Source: Longimicrobiales bacterium (GTDB lineage Bacteria; Gemmatimonadota; Gemmatimonadetes; Longimicrobiales; Gaopeijiaceae). Taken from it: a DNA stretch of 64,000 bases. The notes under the pieces were generated by a model. The model searched no databases. It worked only from the letters and a program-made list of their open reading frames with translations, and was not told the DNA's origin. The stretch is from contig OZ241869.1 in assembly GCA_965202805.1 (NCBI GenBank), positions 1,632,001 to 1,696,000 of the forward strand. The letters are read 5' to 3'. The translations under genes were made by a program, and so were the position numbers. Of the stretch, positions 59,600-64,000 are shown one piece after another. Positions within the stretch are counted from its first letter, which is position 1. Each line of letters begins with the position of its first letter.

Positions 59600-61000
59600 T
59601 CACACCGCGCCGTCTGTCCGTGCCGCAAGCACCCCCACCAGCTTCCCGACATCCCCCAGCTCGTCCACCCGCTCAAGCGCCCCCAGCGCCTTATCGATAC
59701 CCGCGTCGTCCATCACGAGACTCGCGCAGTCCCGGAACTTGGCGTGCAGCTCCTCGCGTGTCAGGGGCCGCTCCGGGCCGCCGGGATAGGTGTCCGCCTC
59801 GGTGTGGAGTTCGGTGCCGTCGCGGAGGCGGACGTCGATGGCGCTCCGCATGCGGTCGTAGCCGCGCGCGTCGATCTCCTCGTCGAACCGGACGGTCACG
59901 CGGCGCATCATGTCCGCCACCTCCCCGGAGAGGACGAAGTCGTCGTGGAACTCGCGGATTCCGGCCCGTCGGCGGAGGACGATGCTCGACAGGACGAAGG
60001 GGATGCAGAACTTCGCCTCCAGCTCGTTGGTGGGGACGGGATAGCGCAGCGGCTTCAGGATGTTGTGGCCGGCGCGGAAGGTGATACCGGCGACGTCGTC
60101 CGGCGTAAGGTCGTGTTCGGTCACGAGTTCGAGCATGGCGGCCATGCTCGGGTGGCCGAGGCTTCCCGAGGGGAAGGGCTTCACGGACACGCCCGGGTCG
60201 AGCAGGGTGTAGGGCGCGCCGAGGGCGCCGACCAGCCGCTCGGGCTCGAAGCCGCCGCCGAACACGCGGAAGAAGCCCCACGGCGCCTCCAGCGCATCGT
60301 TGCCGGCCGTGAAGCCGCGCGCCGCGAGGTCGACCGCCACGATGCCGTTCTCGGCGGCGCGCCCGGCGTGGAGCGGCTTGGTCATGGTGCCGAACCCGAG
60401 CCGGATCCCCGACGAGAGGCTCGCCGCGATGCCGAGCGCCATGGCGAGGTCGTCCGCCTCCAGCCCGGCCAGCCTGGCGGCCGTCGCACACGCCCCGAGC
60501 GTGCCGATGGTCGCGGTCGAGTGGAACCCTTCCCGGTAGTGCCGGGGATCGATCGCCTCGGCGATCTTGCACTCCACCTCGAAGCCGATGAGGAACGCCT
60601 CCAGGAACTCGGCGCCCGTGGCTCCCACCCGTTCCGCCATCGCGTACCCCGCCGACAGCGGCGCCACCGTGGGGTGCGTCAGGAGCCCGAAGATGCGGTC
60701 GGGGGCGTTCGAGAGCTGCGTGTCGTCGAAGTCCATCGCGTGGCCCGCCGTGCCGTTGGCGCGCGCCGCGAGCGAGGCCGGGGCGCGGGTGTGGGGCAGC
60801 CCGAAGACGGTCGCCTCCTCGTGCCCGCCCTGCGCCGCGATCTGGTCCTGCACGATGCGGGAGCAGTGGTCCGTGGACCCGGCGAGAATCACGCCCGTGC
60901 CGTCCAGCACGCAGCGCCGCCCCTCGCTCAGCAGCCGCTCCGGGAAGTCCCGGATGTTCGTTTCGAGGATGAAGTCGATGACCGCGCGTGTCGCGCTCAC
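59600..61000 (-). CDS. MmgE/PrpD family protein
   Basis: Motifs NGTAGHAMDFDD, THP, GFH.T, FGTMTKPLHAG, KPFPS and EAKF. Confidence 0.92.
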   Translation of the reverse strand: MSATRAVIDFILETNIRDFPERLLSEGRRCVLDGTGVILAGSTDHCSRIVQDQIAAQGGHEEATVFGLPHTRAPASLAARANGTAGHAMDFDDTQLSNAPDRIFGLLTHPTVAPLSAGYAMAERVGATGAEFLEAFLIGFEVECKIAEAIDPRHYREGFHSTATIGTLGACATAARLAGLEADDLAMALGIAASLSSGIRLGFGTMTKPLHAGRAAENGIVAVDLAARGFTAGNDALEAPWGFFRVFGGGFEPERLVGALGAPYTLLDPGVSVKPFPSGSLGHPSMAAMLELVTEHDLTPDDVAGITFRAGHNILKPLRYPVPTNELEAKFCIPFVLSSIVLRRRAGIREFHDDFVLSGEVADMMRRVTVRFDEEIDARGYDRMRSAIDVRLRDGTELHTEADTYPGGPERPLTREELHAKFRDCASLVMDDAGIDKALGALERVDELGDVGKLVGVLAARTDGAV

Positions 61001-62493
61001 TCTTGCTCCTTTGCTTGTCGTTTTCCGGAGATGAGACGGTTCCTGACCGCCGGGGCCGCGAAGCTGACCACCGCCAGCGCGAGCAGCACCAGGCTGATCG
61101 GGCTCTCGAGGAAGATCGTGTGCGAGCCCGACGACAGCGTGAGGGCCCGCCGATAGTTCGTCTCGATCATGGGACCGAGGATGAGGCCGAGCACCGCCGG
61201 CGCCAGCGGATATCCGGCCCGCAACATGGCGAAGCCGACGACCCCGAAGAAGAGGGCCACCCAGGCGTCGGCCGCGTTCCCGCGCAGCGCGAAGACGCCC
61301 ACGAGCGAGATGGCCACGACCAGCGGCATCAGGATCGACGGGCGCAGCCGCACGACGCGCGTCCACAGGGGGATCCCGAGGCGCCCCACGGCCAGCATGA
61401 GCAGCACCGCCACCAGGAACCCGGCGTAGAGCGCGTAGACGAGCTCGGCGCGCTCGGCCATGAGCAGCGGGCCCGGCGCGACGCCCTGCACGGTGAGGCC
61501 GCCGAGCAGCACGGCGGCGCTGGCCGAACCCGGAATCCCGAGCGCGAGGAGGGGGATCATGGCGGCGCCCACGCAGGAGTTGTTCGCCGCCTCGGGCGCC
61601 GCGATGCCGGCCGGCACCCCCGTCCCGAACCGCTCGCGGTCCTTCGAGACGCGCCGCTCCTCGTTCCACGCCACGATCGAGGCGATCGTCGCCCCGGCGC
61701 CGGGGATGGCCCCGATCAGCCCGCCGATCGCCGAGCCGCGCAGAATCGTGCGCCAGAGCCCGAACAGCTCACGGGCCCGGGGCAGCGCCCCCGTGATGCC
61801 GCCCCCGGGCGCCGTCGCCTTGCGCCCGCCGGCCGCCGCCTTCAGCGCCTCGGCGATGGCGAAGAAGCCGATCAGCATCGGCACCAGCCCGAGCCCGTCC
61901 ATGAGCATGTTGGTGCCGAGGGTGAGCCGCGGCGCCCCCGTGAGCACGTCCAGCCCGACTATGAAGAAAAGGAGTCCCAGCAGCGCGCTGATGATCCCCT
62001 TCAGAGGATCGCGTCCCACGAGGTTCGCGACGATCGAGAGGCCGAACACGCCGAGCCCGAAGTACTCCGCCGGCCCGAAGGCGATCGCCGCCCGCGAGAG
62101 CGGCCCGAGCGCCAGCACGAGGAGAATCGTCCCCAGAATCCCCCCGCTCATGGAGGAGAAGAGGGAAATCCCCAGCGCGCGCCCCGCCTCGCCCCGCCGC
62201 GTCATGGCGTAGCCGTCGAAGGTCGTCGCGAGCGCGGGCGAACTGCCCGGAACGCCGATCGCGATCGCCGTGATCGATCCCCCGTACTCCGCCGCCATGT
62301 AGATCGAGACCATCATCAGGAGCGCCGGCGTCGGATCGAGCGCGAAGGTCACCGGGAGGACGAGCGCGAGCCCCACCGTCGAACTCAAGCCCGGCATCGC
62401 CCCCGCGAACACCCCGAGCAGGCTGCCCGCCAGCAGCGCGGCGAGATTCCCCGGCTGGAGCGCCGTCAAGAGACCGTCGAGGAAGACCGACAC
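60997..62493 (-). CDS. tctA: Tripartite tricarboxylate transporter large permease
   Basis: Motifs GAMPGL, YGGSITAI..PG, APEAANN, LGIPGS and PGPLL. Confidence 0.92.
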   Translation of the reverse strand: MSVFLDGLLTALQPGNLAALLAGSLLGVFAGAMPGLSSTVGLALVLPVTFALDPTPALLMMVSIYMAAEYGGSITAIAIGVPGSSPALATTFDGYAMTRRGEAGRALGISLFSSMSGGILGTILLVLALGPLSRAAIAFGPAEYFGLGVFGLSIVANLVGRDPLKGIISALLGLLFFIVGLDVLTGAPRLTLGTNMLMDGLGLVPMLIGFFAIAEALKAAAGGRKATAPGGGITGALPRARELFGLWRTILRGSAIGGLIGAIPGAGATIASIVAWNEERRVSKDRERFGTGVPAGIAAPEAANNSCVGAAMIPLLALGIPGSASAAVLLGGLTVQGVAPGPLLMAERAELVYALYAGFLVAVLLMLAVGRLGIPLWTRVVRLRPSILMPLVVAISLVGVFALRGNAADAWVALFFGVVGFAMLRAGYPLAPAVLGLILGPMIETNYRRALTLSSGSHTIFLESPISLVLLALAVVSFAAPAVRNRLISGKRQAKEQE

Positions 62494-62509
62494 GCCGCGC
62501 GTCGCCCGG

Positions 62510-62977
62510 TCAGAACCCGGCCGGCAGCGGCACGCCGAGCAGGACCATGAACACCAGGTAGATGAACCCGGCGAAGGCGAGCGGCACCGAGACCAGGGTC
62601 CGCCACGAACGCTCGCCCGTCAGCCACATGAGGCCGACGACGAGGAGGGGCACCGAGAGGACGGTGCCGAGCAGGGGCCAGATGAGGAGGAAGGCGGCGA
62701 TCCAGGTTACGGCGATCCATACGCCGAGGGGCTGGATGCGGGTGCTGGCACTCTCGCCCGATCCCTTGCGCCAGGCACGTAGCGCGAGCCAGGCCGCGCA
62801 GGCGATGAGGAGCGCCGCGAGCAGCCGGGGGAAGAAGGCCGGGCCCGGGGCGCCGTCGGTCAGCGAAGGGGGATAGCCGCGCGAGTCGAGCAGGACCGCG
62901 GCTCCGGCGGCGGCGAGCAGCCCTGCCTCCATCAGGAGACGCAGTGGCGGGCTTGCGCGCGCGGAGCGGCTACCCAT
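62510..62977 (-). CDS. tctB: Tripartite tricarboxylate transporter small permease
   Basis: GPAFFP, four TM segments, terminal LGVPLP; lies between tctC and tctA. Confidence 0.85.
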   Translation of the reverse strand: MGSRSARASPPLRLLMEAGLLAAAGAAVLLDSRGYPPSLTDGAPGPAFFPRLLAALLIACAAWLALRAWRKGSGESASTRIQPLGVWIAVTWIAAFLLIWPLLGTVLSVPLLVVGLMWLTGERSWRTLVSVPLAFAGFIYLVFMVLLGVPLPAGF

Positions 62978-63998
62978 CCAGGATCCCCAGCCGTCGCAGC
63001 AGGTCCCGGCTGGTCGTGACCTCCTCCGTCATCCAGGTCCCGAACGCGTCCGCATCCTCCATCGTCGCGTACTCGAGCGCGGCGCGCTCCATGTACTCCC
63101 GGAACCCTGGATCATCGATCGCGGCCAGAAGGCGGGCGCGGATGTCGGCCCGCGTCCCGGGGTCCAGCCCCGGCGGGCCCACCACCCCCCGCCAGTGGAC
63201 GGGCTGGAGGTCGTATCCCTGGTCCGCGTAGCTCGGCGTGTCCGGGAGCGCCTCGACGGGCATTGCGGTCCCCAGCACGCGCATCGTCCCCGCGCGCAGG
63301 TGCTCGCGCACGATATTGTAGTTCGTGTGCGCCGCGTCCGTGTGGCCGCCGAGCGCCGCGACCACCGCGTCCGCCGATCCCTCGTAGGCGATCCAGCGGA
63401 CATCCGGATCTCCCGCCGCCGCCCGCAACCGCACGAAGCCGAGGAAATGGGCCGACGCCGCGCCGAATCCGGACACCGACACCTCGCCGGGCCGGGCGTG
63501 GGCGGCCTCGAACAGGTCTCCCAGCGTGCGGAAGGGGCTGTCGTCCCGCACTGCGACGAGGAAGGGATCGATCTGGATGCGGAGGATGGGCGTGAAGTCC
63601 TCCGGCGCGAACGGGATCCGCCCCGTCGCCATGTTCACCGTCCCGCTCGCAGTGAACACGCCGAGCACATGGGGGTCCCCGGCGCGGCCCTGCATGTACT
63701 GCATGCCGGCCGCCCCCGCCCCACCCTGCCGGGTCATCACGGTCACGCGCTGCCCGTCGAAGTGCGCCGGCGCGACATCGGCCAGCGCCCGCGAGAGGAG
63801 GTCGGAGGGGCCGCCGGGGGTCGCCCAGGATACGATCTCGATGGGGCGGTTGGGGAAGGGGGCTTCCTCGCCGGACGGCGAACACGTGGCTGAGGCCAGC
63901 AGGACGAACGCAGCAGCGAGGAGGCGGGGGAGCCTGGGTTGGGACGGGGGCTTGCCGGTGCGGGAGAGGGCTGCGGTTCGTGGCCGTAGTGACGATGC
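62970..63998 (-). CDS. tctC: Tripartite tricarboxylate transporter substrate-binding protein (Bug/TctC); start lies beyond the window end
   Basis: The frame stays open upstream of the track's start, giving FPNRPIEIVSWATPGGPSDLLSRALAD; also GGAGAAG, ALGGHTD and WRGVVGPPG. Confidence 0.88.
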   Translation of the reverse strand, partial: ASSLRPRTAALSRTGKPPSQPRLPRLLAAAFVLLASATCSPSGEEAPFPNRPIEIVSWATPGGPSDLLSRALADVAPAHFDGQRVTVMTRQGGAGAAGMQYMQGRAGDPHVLGVFTASGTVNMATGRIPFAPEDFTPILRIQIDPFLVAVRDDSPFRTLGDLFEAAHARPGEVSVSGFGAASAHFLGFVRLRAAAGDPDVRWIAYEGSADAVVAALGGHTDAAHTNYNIVREHLRAGTMRVLGTAMPVEALPDTPSYADQGYDLQPVHWRGVVGPPGLDPGTRADIRARLLAAIDDPGFREYMERAALEYATMEDADAFGTWMTEEVTTSRDLLRRLGILDG

Positions 63999-64000
63999 GA

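Noticed and set aside
59600..61000. prpD as part of a methylcitrate cycle
   Set aside because: No prpB or prpC in the window. The family also includes other enzymes such as iminodisuccinate epimerase, so no symbol was given.

Overview
GC-rich bacterial chromosomal window with about 50 CDSs. I recognised no rRNA, tRNA, CRISPR array, integrase or transposase. The gene content suggests a heterotrophic scavenger, possibly Gemmatimonadota-like, but this is inference only. 1-22 kb holds exported hydrolases (CocE/NonD, creatininase-like, amidohydrolases, serine hydrolase, a VPS10/BNR protein), a PA0069-type radical SAM protein, a stand-alone 5'-3' exonuclease, kynA, a TonB-dependent receptor and an ABC exporter. 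22-34 kb is an N-compound catabolic cluster (tandem VOC, Ldh_2, deacylase, class V aminotransferase, dihydropyrimidinase, aminotransferase pair, SDR, 2-hydroxyacid dehydrogenase). 34-46 kb has VapBC, an NCS2 permease, a TRAP transporter, an amidase, a threonine dehydratase, EamA, an S10 peptidase and an orphan HigA. 46-57 kb is an Opp-type transporter/catabolic operon. 59.6-64 kb holds MmgE/PrpD and TctABC. The best candidate for an undescribed system is a lower-GC, overlapping three-gene cassette at 56917-59504: ABC/AAA ATPase (DUF3696-type), PIN nuclease and ATP-dependent RNA ligase. It looks like an anti-phage or toxin module carrying its own RNA repair enzyme. The second candidate is a coupled aminotransferase pair (28899-30967) with complementary active-site losses, suggesting an obligate heterodimer. 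All family assignments come from motif recognition by eye, not from database searches.
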